DNA of 64,000 nucleotides, taken from an uncultured Candidatus Binatia bacterium. Its GTDB lineage: Bacteria; Desulfobacterota; Binatia; UBA9968; JAJDTQ01. Every line of letters starts with the position of its first letter. Position 1 is the stretch's first letter. Shown here in pieces: positions 10,001-18,361 of the stretch. The translations under genes and the position numbers were made by a program. The notes beneath the pieces are model-generated. The model had not been told where the DNA came from. It was given only the letters and a program-made list of their open reading frames with translations, and ran no database searches. The stretch spans positions 2,592,001-2,656,000 of the forward strand of contig OZ251459.1 in NCBI GenBank assembly GCA_965242525.1, given 5' to 3'.

Positions 10001-10812
10001 GCGTCAAGGAGGGCAACTACGTGCAGGGCACCGTGCTGATGGTGCTGCGCAAGCAGGCCACCGGAGAGACGGCGTTCCTGGACGAGGTGGTCCCGGAAGT
10101 CGAAACCGAAGTGGAGCGCCAGCTTGCATCCATGCTCGAACTCGACGACCGCGAGGATCCGAATTTCTCCGACGCGGACTACCAGCTTGCCGCCTACGCC
10201 GCGGCGCTCCGGGTGCTGACGCAGTACGGTTCGATCGAGGACATCGACGTATCCCATGAGCTGTCCCGGGAACGGCGCCGCGGCGAACCCAACCCCATCG
10301 AGAAGATCATCGGCGACGCCGTCCGCACCGCAAGCAACTTCCTCGTCCCCGCGGGCCTGCCGGCCCACCTGTGGCGCGGGCTCGCCCCCGAGGAGAAGCT
10401 CTACCTCAAGGGCCTCGACGTCGAGCGCCACGGCGACTTCCGTTCCGGCGTCTATCAGGAGTTCGCCCGCGGCTTCGGCGTCCGCGACTACCGCGACCTC
10501 CTACACACCGGCAAGGCCAACCACACCCGCCTGAAGACCGCATCCGAGTTCGGGCGCCGCGACCTTGGCGACCCTGCGTTCGGCCGCAGCCTCGTCCGCC
10601 ACGCCCTCTACGCCGTCTGGCAAGCCGCCGAAAGCGGCGAAGTCGCCCACAGCCTCACGTGGCTCCGCGCCGAGCTGCCCGGCTACTGGCCGCAGCGCGA
10701 GGCGCTGGCCTCGGTCCTCCGCTACCTCGCCGCCATCGACGGCGACCATTGGCGCGAAGACGCCGCCGCCGCCCGCCTCGTCGCCGGCGCCGTGGAGAAC
10801 GACCATGTCTGA
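7081..10812 (+). CDS. DUF1156 DNA (adenine/N4-cytosine) methyltransferase with internal repeat-derived insertion
   Basis: LTGLGKWWGRKPL, motif I DAFCGGGSVPFEA, Zn-ribbon CPECG...CPNPAC, motif IV TDPPYAD, MFTHQD; GTG start overlaps the upstream stop. Confidence 0.9.
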   Translation: MNTSPTFIETQFPVSRLSKESYKERKANYSQTLTGLGKWWGRKPLVMVRAIILGLLMPASDDPRKDRDVFLALLTMDEEGLWRRKNGNIPLKEVYGRLSPEERAEWFTHDAEPDRPRLRKGTKAADRARLQRMVFERMGYDEKLKLCDRPEHLEGPSPDAWNAINRHLGTEAASLPELVRELGKRRFGRVPRVGDAFCGGGSVPFEAARLGCEAYGSDLNPVAALLTWGALNIVGGGEDVAERIRAAQTEVFEAVDRQVTEWRIEHDEAGWRADAFLYCTETACPECGWRVPLAPSWVIGEKTRAVARLTPEPAERRFAIDVRSGVGREALAAARNAGTVRQSRLECPNPACNASTPMTAIRGDRRGDGGRGHGLRQWENDDLVPRPDDVFQERLYCVRWRLPSLAALLWMEQRLRAAGRLEDGAGGRPVPRTGTPVPGHLDSRLRGNDGGGGMSVFDQDMPGPEGLRREAPAGGVTAVLEGARRNFHAGETPAFPGSDPSPAGGMPAFPGSEPSLAGGIPAFPEAPLSRHSRESGNPETPVPRGSTPIPGASGMPDVARRDAHTGEMPALRRSAPVPGGLRRDVRAEGMLAFPDASPPPVPEWVDLECAIAALVERLEADEQREVAKLRKRDWPAEDRAVEEAQREFEAKKSAGCPKRELTAAAQRLRKAREAADRRKDRVEALAKSLPAALYRAVDDADLEREASALTLLRERFPEWQALGYVPSRAITPGAKTDEPIRTRGWTHWHHLFTSRQLLVHGSLAEKSETLSDAAVSGAACLLGLGRAADWNSKLSRWWTDAAHEKVIQTFSNQALNTLMTFGSRGIHALADSWFLKPSDASVHGPYTLQTTDARAIDRRAEIWITDPPYADAINYHELSEFFLAWYEKRLPALFRDWYSDSKRALAVRGADADFRRSMVDCYRNLAAHMPDDGLQVVMFTHQDASIWADLTLILWAAGLRVTAAWTVATETPFGVKEGNYVQGTVLMVLRKQATGETAFLDEVVPEVETEVERQLASMLELDDREDPNFSDADYQLAAYAAALRVLTQYGSIEDIDVSHELSRERRRGEPNPIEKIIGDAVRTASNFLVPAGLPAHLWRGLAPEEKLYLKGLDVERHGDFRSGVYQEFARGFGVRDYRDLLHTGKANHTRLKTASEFGRRDLGDPAFGRSLVRHALYAVWQAAESGEVAHSLTWLRAELPGYWPQREALASVLRYLAAIDGDHWREDAAAARLVAGAVENDHV
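8345..8880. repeat. Cluster of REP-like palindromes and 42-bp tandem repeats inside the methyltransferase ORF (boundaries approximate)
   Basis: TGGATTCCCGCTTGCGCGGGAATGACGG (about 8402-8429), CGTCATTCCCGCGAAAGCGGGAATCCAG (8668-8695), GCGGGCGAGACGCCCGCGTTCCCAGG-type units at 8545, 8587, 8629. Confidence 0.8.
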
Positions 10813-10920
10813 CCGCCGATGCCCCCCATCCGCACCGGTAGCCTGACGACTTCCAATGCGGTCGCCATGTCAAAGGCGCTTACACGCTACCGTCGGACGC
10901 TACGGTTCAAACCCGTTCGC

Positions 10921-10949
10921 TTGCGTGTAAACTCCATATGTGTTTCAAT
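10921..10949 (+). promoter_or_regulatory. Candidate sigma70 promoter of the low-GC cassette
   Basis: TTGCGT, 17 bp, TTCAAT, with TG at the extended -10 position; GGAGG RBS follows before ATG 10976. Confidence 0.35.
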
Positions 10950-10975
10950 GGCTTACGTTATTTGGAGGAACGGCT

Positions 10976-11581
10976 ATGGCAGAGCAAGGGCAGATCAACG
11001 ACCAGAGTATCTACACCGTCGTTGACAAGGTAATCCAGGATCTCCTTCCGTTCGACCCATACAGTCGACTGAGGGTGTATCGGACCGTCGGAACCTTCTT
11101 TGGCTTTGAAGATTCGTACCCGAAGGTCGTCAAGGATGCTGACAGCGGAGTCCCCGCTAATGTCTCGCGGGAGCCACGTTTCTCAAGCAAGGAGGAGTTG
11201 ACTCCCAAGGAGTTCTTACTTCAAAAACACCCAAATACCAACGTCGAACGTGTTTCCTGCCTTGCATACTACCTGGCCCACTACAGAGACATTCAGCAAT
11301 TCAAGACCATTGATATAAGTAAACTTAATACAGAAGCTGCCCAGACCAAGCTCTCCAACGCTTCCTACGCCGTCCACGACGCCGTGAGAGCGGGATACCT
11401 TGCAGCAGCGACAAAGGGCATGAAGCAATTGTCCGCACAAGGGGAGCAATACGTTGAGGCACTGCCTGACCGTGGCGCTGCAAAAGAAGCCAAACCGCAA
11501 ATGAAATCGAGACGATCTCGCAGGAAGACCAACAAGAACCGTGCAGAAAACGATCACGGTCGAGTCGCGCCAAATGAGTGA
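10976..11581 (+). CDS. Hypothetical protein, winged-helix-like core with basic C-terminal tail
   Basis: GGAGGA RBS; ERVSCLAYYL...AVRAGYL...KQLSAQGEQYVEAL resembles a helix-wing-helix ending; tail KSRRSRRKTNKNR. Confidence 0.7.
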   Translation: MAEQGQINDQSIYTVVDKVIQDLLPFDPYSRLRVYRTVGTFFGFEDSYPKVVKDADSGVPANVSREPRFSSKEELTPKEFLLQKHPNTNVERVSCLAYYLAHYRDIQQFKTIDISKLNTEAAQTKLSNASYAVHDAVRAGYLAAATKGMKQLSAQGEQYVEALPDRGAAKEAKPQMKSRRSRRKTNKNRAENDHGRVAPNE

Positions 11582-12584
11582 TCCTGTACGCATCACGATC
11601 TATAACCATAAGGGTGGTGTAGGAAAAACCACACTTACGGTCAACATTGCGTTTGCGCTTTCATCTTTGGGAAAGTCCGTTCTCTTGGTCGATAGCGATC
11701 CCCAATGTAATCTCACTTCATATCTTCTCTCCGACGATGTCGTCGATGACCTTCTGAACCACTCCAATGACCAGGGAGGGCAAACTATCTGGAGCGCAGT
11801 CAAGCCGATCATCGACAATGCAGGGTCAGTTCGTCTAATAGACCTGATAGAGATCGAACACCTTGCTCTCCTGCCGGGCGATATAAGGCTTTCCGAATTC
11901 GAGGAGTTTCTGGGAGACTCCTGGGCTGATGGATTCAAGAGGCGCATTGGCGCGTTGCGGGCGACTTCGTCGATAAGTTATCTGATCTCCAGTTTAAGTC
12001 GCCAGCATGATTTTGATTTCGTATTCTACGATACAGGACCAAATATAGGACCACTCAACCGTGTACTTCTGTTAGACTCCGATTTTTTCATAGTACCGGT
12101 GGCATGTGATTTGTTCTCCACACGGGCGCTCGCTACACTTGGCCAAACGGTTAAGAAGTGGATTATCGACGCGGCTACCATTGATGCCATCGCGCCTGAT
12201 GACGCGATGCTACTGGAAGGGCGTCCGAAGTTTCTCGGCTACATACCCCAGGGATTCAAGGTTTATGGCCGAGAGATGACATGGGAGGCCGGTTCTTACT
12301 ACAGGGAAATCAAAAGCCGAGTGTACAAGGATGTTTCCTCGGTGTTGCGCGGGATTGATAGAAAATTGGCGCCGGCGGCTTCGGTAAATCCCGTAGTCGG
12401 TAGAGTTCAGGACCTTGCGTCAGTTGTTCAGGTAGCTCAACGTGAAGGCGTGCCCATTTGGGATTCCGAGGCTTCGGCCAACCGCTCCCTGAAAAAGGTA
12501 GCGAGGAAATCGTTCTTTCAAATAGCCAAACACATCATGCATGCTGCAGGTGATCGAGGAATACCTGATGCTGTCAAGTACTGA
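11574..12584 (+). CDS. ParA/Soj-family ATPase (no parB neighbour)
   Basis: Deviant Walker A NHKGGVGKTT, VDSDPQCNLT, YDTGPN, IVPVACD; ATG overlaps the upstream gene by 8 nt. Confidence 0.9.
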   Translation: MSDPVRITIYNHKGGVGKTTLTVNIAFALSSLGKSVLLVDSDPQCNLTSYLLSDDVVDDLLNHSNDQGGQTIWSAVKPIIDNAGSVRLIDLIEIEHLALLPGDIRLSEFEEFLGDSWADGFKRRIGALRATSSISYLISSLSRQHDFDFVFYDTGPNIGPLNRVLLLDSDFFIVPVACDLFSTRALATLGQTVKKWIIDAATIDAIAPDDAMLLEGRPKFLGYIPQGFKVYGREMTWEAGSYYREIKSRVYKDVSSVLRGIDRKLAPAASVNPVVGRVQDLASVVQVAQREGVPIWDSEASANRSLKKVARKSFFQIAKHIMHAAGDRGIPDAVKY

Positions 12585-13233
12585 CCGTCGCCGGATCAAT
12601 GAAGCAGTCGAATACTTCAAGTTTAATCGGCAACTGTTCGAACCATTTGCACGGTCGCTCATGGACTACTTTGAGAGCAATGAAGAACTCCGGAAGTTTA
12701 TTCATTTTATCAAATATCGGATCAAGGACGAAGGAAGTCTACGGGCAAAACTGGAGAGAAAACTTGCCATCGCAGGCGACCGGAGCCTGGTGGATGAGAT
12801 TACGGATTTCGCAGGCCTTCGGATCATTCATTTGCACGTGGACCAGTTGACGGCCATACATCCCCTTGTGTTGAGTATTCTGGAAGAGCAGAAGTGCGAA
12901 CTGCTGGAGAGCCCGAAGGCTTACTGTTGGGATTTGGAATACCAGGATCTGTTTCGCCAGATGGGGGTCGAAGCGGTTCATAGAGACTCCATGTACATGA
13001 CGGTGCACTACGACATAGTGGCCAACCAGCGCAAGAGGATTACCTGCGAACTTCAGGTGCGCTCCCTGATGGAGGAGTTGTGGGGAGAGGTTTCGCATCG
13101 AATCAACTACCCGAACGAGTCGTCGAGCGCGTCGTGCCAGGATCAACTGAAGGTGCTGGCGCGCCTGACTTCAGGCTGCGGTCGTCTGGTAGATTCCATA
13201 TTCAAGACACACCGTGAGGCTGTCGAACGATGA
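12568..13233 (+). CDS. Stand-alone RelA/SpoT synthetase-domain protein (small alarmone synthetase-like)
   Basis: YRIKDEGSLRAKL, ITDFAGLRII, YMTVHY, ELQVRSLMEELWGEVSHRINY motifs; GAGGA RBS; no HD hydrolase domain. Confidence 0.85.
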   Translation: MLSSTDRRRINEAVEYFKFNRQLFEPFARSLMDYFESNEELRKFIHFIKYRIKDEGSLRAKLERKLAIAGDRSLVDEITDFAGLRIIHLHVDQLTAIHPLVLSILEEQKCELLESPKAYCWDLEYQDLFRQMGVEAVHRDSMYMTVHYDIVANQRKRITCELQVRSLMEELWGEVSHRINYPNESSSASCQDQLKVLARLTSGCGRLVDSIFKTHREAVER

Positions 13234-13285
13234 CGTTCTCACGATGGAATAGAGACGCACACGTCGTGCGAATGCATAGCCCTCC

Positions 13286-15967
13286 ATGCTCAAGCGATAC
13301 TCCTCGCGCCACGACCCGCTCGATACCGGCTTTCTGATCCCTCGCCTCAGCGGAGCCAGGAGCTACGACCGCATCGCCGGCTATTTCTCATCGTCGATCC
13401 TCGAAGTGGCGGGCGAGGCGCTGGAGAGCGTCGAAGGCAAGGTCCGGGTGGTGTGCAATTCCGGGCTGTCGCGCGCCGACGTGGAAGTCTCCAAGGCCGC
13501 CCGGGCGGTCATGCGCCGGGAGTGGTGCGACTCCCGCCCCGAGGACCTCGGTGACGGCGCCAAGCCGCGCTTCGAGCGGCTCTACGACTTCCTGCGTTCC
13601 GGGAAGGTCGAGGTCCGCGTACTGCCCGATGACGTCTTCGGCCTCATCCACGGCAAGGCGGGCGTGATCACGCTGGCGGACGGCCGACCCACATCCTTCC
13701 TCGGCAGCGCCAACGAGTCCGGGGCCGCGTTCCGGCTCAACTACGAGATCGTCTGGGAGGACGACTCACCGGAAGCCGTGGCATGGGTCCAGGAGGAGTT
13801 CGACGCCTTATGGTCGTCGCCTTTCGCGGTCCGGCTTGCGGACTTCGTGGTTCGGGACCTCGACCGCCTGTCGCGCCGCGAGACGGTGGGAGACGTCGCC
13901 CGCTGGCGGGAAGAACCGGACCCCGCGTCCGTCATGGTGGAAGCGCCGGTCTATCGCAAGGAGGCCGGGCTGTGGGAACACCAGAAGCACTTCGTCAAGC
14001 TCGCCTTCGATGCGCATCGCGGGCCGCATGGCGCGCGCTTCGTGCTGGCCGACCAGGTGGGGCTCGGGAAGACGCTCCAGTTGGCGATGGCGGCGCAACT
14101 CATGGCCCTGGCGGGCGATGGGCCGGTGCTGGTCCTGGCTCCCAAGCCCCTGCTCCGGCAGTGGCAGGACGAGCTCGACACCCTGCTCGGGTTGCCGTCC
14201 GCGGTCTGGACCGGCCGCGGTTGGGTGGATGAGCACGGGGTCGAGCATCCGGGGGCGGGCGCCGAATCGATCCGGCGCTGCCCGCGGCGGGTGGGTATCG
14301 TCTCCACCGGCCTGGTCACCGGCAACGCCGAGGCCGCGGCGCGGCTGGCGGAGATGCGCTTCGAGTGCGTGGTCCTGGACGAGGCGCACCGTGCGCGGCG
14401 CCGGAACCTCTCCGGCCGCGGGGCGTTCGCCGCGGCGCAGCCCAACAACCTCCTGAAGTTCCTCCGGGAGGTCTCGCCCCGCGCCAAGAGCCTGCTGCTG
14501 GCCACCGCCACCCCGGTCCAGCTCCATCCCGTCGAAGCCTACGACCTGCTCGACGCGCTCGCGCGAGGCTCGCACGCAGTGCTCGGCGCACCCGGAAGCC
14601 GCTGGCGCAACGCCAAGGCCTCCCTCGACCTGCTGCTCGGCAACGCATCGCCGCCGGCCGATTTCCACGAGTGCTGGGACTGGCTGCGCAACCCCTTTCC
14701 TCCCCGCTCCGAAGGGAGGGATTTCGAGATCCTGCGCCGCTCGCTCTCCCTGCCGGACGAGGCCGCGTATGCGCCCGGGAACGCGGTGGAGTCGTTGCGC
14801 CCGTCGGACCGGCAGCGGATCGAGAGCGGGTTCGCCCGCTTCGTCGAGCGGCACAACCCCTACATCCGCACCATCGTGCTGCGCACCCGCGAGTATCTCG
14901 AAAACGCCATGGACCAGGAGACGGGCGAACCGTTCCTCACCCCGGTGGGGGTTCGGTTGCACGGCGAATCGGACGAGGACGCCATCGTGCTGCCTCCCTT
15001 CCTGGAGGACGCCTACGCCCAGGCGGAAGCGTTCTGCCGCTTGCTCTCCCAACGCGCGAGTACGGGGTTCTTCCGCACCATGCTCCTGCGCCGCATGGGC
15101 AGCACCATGGAGGCTGGACGCCTGACCGTCACCCGGATACTCGACGGTTGGGAGGACCTCGGCGACGAGTACGATGAAGACGAGGAAACGGCCGGTCCGC
15201 TTCGCACCCTGACCGGGGAGGAAAGCCGGGCGCTGTCAGGGCTTGCCCGAGCGATGGAGGCGAACCTGGACCAGGATCCGAAGTGCGCTGCGGTCCTGCG
15301 CTTGCTGGTGGACGAGGGCTGGCTGGAACACGGCTGCATCGTCTTCAGCCAGTACTACGACTCGGTGCGGTGGCTGGCCCATCGACTCACGGAGTCGCTC
15401 CCGGCTGAAACCATCGGCATCTACGCGGGCGCCGGCCGTTCGGGGGTCATGCGCCGCGGGGTCTTCGAGACCCGGGGCCGCGACGCCCTGAAGGACGGCG
15501 TGCGCCGGGGGGAACTACGGCTGCTGCTCGGCACGGACGCGGCGTCGGAAGGGCTGAACCTGCAACGGCTCGGCGCGCTCGTCAACCTGGACCTTCCCTG
15601 GAACCCTTCCCGTCTCGAACAGCGCAAGGGTCGGATCCAGCGCATCGGGCAAACCCGTCCCCGGGTGGACGTGTACAACATGCGCTACGCGAACTCGGTG
15701 GAGGATCGGGTGCGCCGGCTCCTCTCGGAACGCCTGGAGAACATCTCCCGGCTCTTCGGCCAGTTGCCGGACACCCTCGAAGACGTCTGGGTCCAGGTCG
15801 CCCTTGGCCAAGTGGAGCAAGCGAAGCGGACCATCGACAGCGTCCCTGACAGGCATCCGTTCGAGCTCCGGTACCGCGAGGTCGGGCGCGTGGACTGGGA
15901 ATCGTGCGCGCGGGTGCTCGACGACGCGGCGAAACGGCAAAGCTTGGCGCGCGGCTGGAACGCTTAG
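13286..15967 (+). CDS. PLD-nuclease / SNF2 helicase of restriction-like system
   Basis: YDRIAGYFSSS, IHGKAG...GSANES (PLD); LADQVGLGKT, DEAH, ATP, SEGLNLQ, QRKGRIQRIGQ helicase motifs. Confidence 0.92.
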   Translation: MLKRYSSRHDPLDTGFLIPRLSGARSYDRIAGYFSSSILEVAGEALESVEGKVRVVCNSGLSRADVEVSKAARAVMRREWCDSRPEDLGDGAKPRFERLYDFLRSGKVEVRVLPDDVFGLIHGKAGVITLADGRPTSFLGSANESGAAFRLNYEIVWEDDSPEAVAWVQEEFDALWSSPFAVRLADFVVRDLDRLSRRETVGDVARWREEPDPASVMVEAPVYRKEAGLWEHQKHFVKLAFDAHRGPHGARFVLADQVGLGKTLQLAMAAQLMALAGDGPVLVLAPKPLLRQWQDELDTLLGLPSAVWTGRGWVDEHGVEHPGAGAESIRRCPRRVGIVSTGLVTGNAEAAARLAEMRFECVVLDEAHRARRRNLSGRGAFAAAQPNNLLKFLREVSPRAKSLLLATATPVQLHPVEAYDLLDALARGSHAVLGAPGSRWRNAKASLDLLLGNASPPADFHECWDWLRNPFPPRSEGRDFEILRRSLSLPDEAAYAPGNAVESLRPSDRQRIESGFARFVERHNPYIRTIVLRTREYLENAMDQETGEPFLTPVGVRLHGESDEDAIVLPPFLEDAYAQAEAFCRLLSQRASTGFFRTMLLRRMGSTMEAGRLTVTRILDGWEDLGDEYDEDEETAGPLRTLTGEESRALSGLARAMEANLDQDPKCAAVLRLLVDEGWLEHGCIVFSQYYDSVRWLAHRLTESLPAETIGIYAGAGRSGVMRRGVFETRGRDALKDGVRRGELRLLLGTDAASEGLNLQRLGALVNLDLPWNPSRLEQRKGRIQRIGQTRPRVDVYNMRYANSVEDRVRRLLSERLENISRLFGQLPDTLEDVWVQVALGQVEQAKRTIDSVPDRHPFELRYREVGRVDWESCARVLDDAAKRQSLARGWNA

Positions 15968-16069
15968 GGAAACACGGAACAACGGTCCCCGTTCATCCCG
16001 AGCGCAGCGAAGCGAAGAACCCCGTTCGTCCTGAGCGTAGCGAAGCGAAGTCGAAGGACGCGCTTTCCC
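15968..16069. repeat. REP/MITE-family repeat between convergent genes
   Basis: GGAAACACGGAACAACG...CCCGTTCGTCCTGAGCGTAGCGAAGCGAAGTCGAAGGACGCGCTTTCCC, starting immediately after the helicase TAG. Confidence 0.8.
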
Positions 16070-16077
16070 ATAGGGAC

Positions 16078-17103
16078 TCAGGCGAACTTCGGCGCCACCT
16101 TTTCGGTGAGCAGGCGGATGGAGTCGAGCACGTGCTCCTGGGGGATCTGGCCGCCGTAGTTCATGTCGAGGATCAGGCCCGTCAGTCCCGTGCGCTCGCG
16201 GAACTCCTCGATGCGGTCGATGACCGATTCGGGCGTGCCGAAGACCACCCGGGTGCGCAGGAACTCGTCGTAGTCGTCCAGGAACTCCTGGGCCTTGGCC
16301 ACCCGGTCGGCTGCGCCCATGGCCCGGGCTTCGCCCATGACCCGGTGGAGGTCGTGGACCACGCTGGCTCTCGGGACCTCCTTGGCCAGGGGCTCGGACT
16401 CCGCCACGAAGAGGGGCACGCGCACCTGGATCTGGGGCGCCTGGGCGTGGCCCGCCTCCCGCCATGCGTCGCGATAGACTTGCAGGCACTCCTCGTAGTA
16501 GTCGCCCATGAACCACAGCACCACGGAGAAACCCCGCCTGGCGGTGGCGGCGAAGCCTTCGGGAGTGCGCACCGCCATGTAGATGGGCGGATGGGGTTGT
16601 TGCAGCGGCCGCGGCGATATGCTGACGTCGTGGTACGAGTAGTAGTCCCCTTCGAATGAGAATGTGTCCCGGGTGAAGGCCCGCAGGACGATCTCCAGGG
16701 ACTCGGCGAAACGCGGGGCGCTTTCCGAGTAGGGGATGTTGAAGCCGTCGTAGAACTTGGGGATGCTGCTTCGGCCGATGCCGAAGTCGAAGCGCCCGCG
16801 GCTCATGTGGTCGATGGTGGCGACCTCTTCCGCGATGCGCAGGGGGTTCCCCAGGGGAAGCACCTGGACCGCGGTGCCGATGCGCACGCGCTCGGTGCGG
16901 GAGGCGATGGCGCCGGCCACGGCCATGGAGGCCGAGAGCACCGAAGCCTTGGGCCGGAAATGGTGCTCCACGATCCAGATGGAGTCCATGCCCATGGCCT
17001 CGGCCGCGTCCACCTGCCCGAACATCTCGTCGAAGGCCAGGGTCTGTCCCCGGCCCTCGCGCACGTGGCAATCCACCAGCAAGCCGAATTTCATCCCGCT
17101 CAT
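16078..17103 (-). CDS. LLM-class flavin-dependent oxidoreductase (luciferase-like)
   Basis: MKFG, WIVEHHF, NPLRIAEEVATIDHMSRGRFDFGIGR, PRPLQQPHPPI motifs. Confidence 0.9.
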   Translation of the reverse strand: MSGMKFGLLVDCHVREGRGQTLAFDEMFGQVDAAEAMGMDSIWIVEHHFRPKASVLSASMAVAGAIASRTERVRIGTAVQVLPLGNPLRIAEEVATIDHMSRGRFDFGIGRSSIPKFYDGFNIPYSESAPRFAESLEIVLRAFTRDTFSFEGDYYSYHDVSISPRPLQQPHPPIYMAVRTPEGFAATARRGFSVVLWFMGDYYEECLQVYRDAWREAGHAQAPQIQVRVPLFVAESEPLAKEVPRASVVHDLHRVMGEARAMGAADRVAKAQEFLDDYDEFLRTRVVFGTPESVIDRIEEFRERTGLTGLILDMNYGGQIPQEHVLDSIRLLTEKVAPKFA

Positions 17104-17122
17104 CCCCCCTCCCGCCATCCGG

Positions 17123-18199
17123 TCATGCCGCCTGCAGGTCCTTGTAATGGGCGTCCTTGGAGATGGGCGCCAGCCCGCTGGCGATGATGGACCAGCTTTC
17201 TCCGGCGTCGTCGCTGCAATAGACTTCGCCCGCGGTGGTGGCGGCGAAGACCGACACCCCGTCCCCCGACTCCTCCAGGCACAGGGCCTCGATGCTGGGC
17301 TGCATCAGGTCCGGCAGCCCGTTGCCGAGTATCTCCCAGGTGCGGCCGCCGTCCCTGCTGCGGGAGATGCGCGCGCCGGCGAAATGCGTCCTGGACCACT
17401 CTCCCGGCCCGTGCTGTGCGCCGCCGATGAACATGAGGTCGGGCTTGCGGGGATGGAGCACGCACCCGTCCGGGTAGTTGCCGATCTCCGACGGCCGGGA
17501 GATCCATTGCTCGAAGCTCTTGCCCCCGTCCGCGCTGACGTACAGGCCGCGTCCGGTGACCACGTACAACCGCCGTCCGTCCTCCGGGTGGACCAGGAGC
17601 CGGTGCGCGTCCTCGTAGATCCCGTGGATCTGCTCCCAGGATTCGCCCCCGTCCGTGCTCTTCATCAGCCCGCCCACCTCCACGCAGACGTACAGGACTT
17701 CCGGGTCGTGTGGGTCGAAGTTCAGGTGCTTGGCGTGGGCGATGTGCGGCGGCACGGGAAACTTCCAGCGGGGGACGCTGGGCACCGACCGAAGGGCCGG
17801 CAACTCGCTCCAGTGCCCGCCCAGGTCGTCGCTGGAGAACAGGTGCGCGGGCTCCGTGCCGGCGTACACCCGGGTGCGCCCGTTGGCCCGGGACGACGCG
17901 ATGCTGTACACGTCCCTCTGGCCGAGCCCGGTCTCCCGTGCTTCCCAGGTGGCGCCGCGGTCCGCGCTCACGTGGATGCCGCCGTGGAACGCTCCGACGA
18001 AGAACAGGCCGCTGTCCGGCTCCTGGTGGATGGCGCTGACGTGCTTGTCGGCCAGCATGTGGCGCGCTACCCGCCACCCCGGGCCATCGGCGTCGCGTTC
18101 CAGCACGGCGATGCCTTTCCGGGTGCCCACCCAGACTTCCCGTGACCGGGAAGGCGACGAGTACATGGTCGTTCCGCCGTGGGACAATGCGATGGTCAT
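17123..18199 (-). CDS. BNR/Asp-box repeat beta-propeller protein
   Basis: Repeated SxDxGxxW motifs (SADRGATW, SDDLGGHW, STDGGESW, SRDGGRTW). Confidence 0.85.
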   Translation of the reverse strand: MTIALSHGGTTMYSSPSRSREVWVGTRKGIAVLERDADGPGWRVARHMLADKHVSAIHQEPDSGLFFVGAFHGGIHVSADRGATWEARETGLGQRDVYSIASSRANGRTRVYAGTEPAHLFSSDDLGGHWSELPALRSVPSVPRWKFPVPPHIAHAKHLNFDPHDPEVLYVCVEVGGLMKSTDGGESWEQIHGIYEDAHRLLVHPEDGRRLYVVTGRGLYVSADGGKSFEQWISRPSEIGNYPDGCVLHPRKPDLMFIGGAQHGPGEWSRTHFAGARISRSRDGGRTWEILGNGLPDLMQPSIEALCLEESGDGVSVFAATTAGEVYCSDDAGESWSIIASGLAPISKDAHYKDLQAA

Positions 18200-18361
18200 G
18201 GCCGTACCTCCTCGAAGCTTCGCCCCGGTGGGGGCGCGTGCGGGAACGGGACGCCCGGGCCCGCGGGCGCAACCCGTCTATGCAAGGCGGTACACCTTCG
18301 CTATGGTGGTGTCAACCTCCGGCCCGCCCGCGGACGCCGGCGCCGGAGGCCGGGAGGCGCG

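Noticed and set aside
11574-12584. Plasmid or chromosome partition locus
   Set aside because: No parB, parS or rep nearby; the gene is embedded in a defence operon and coupled to a RelA/SpoT-domain gene.
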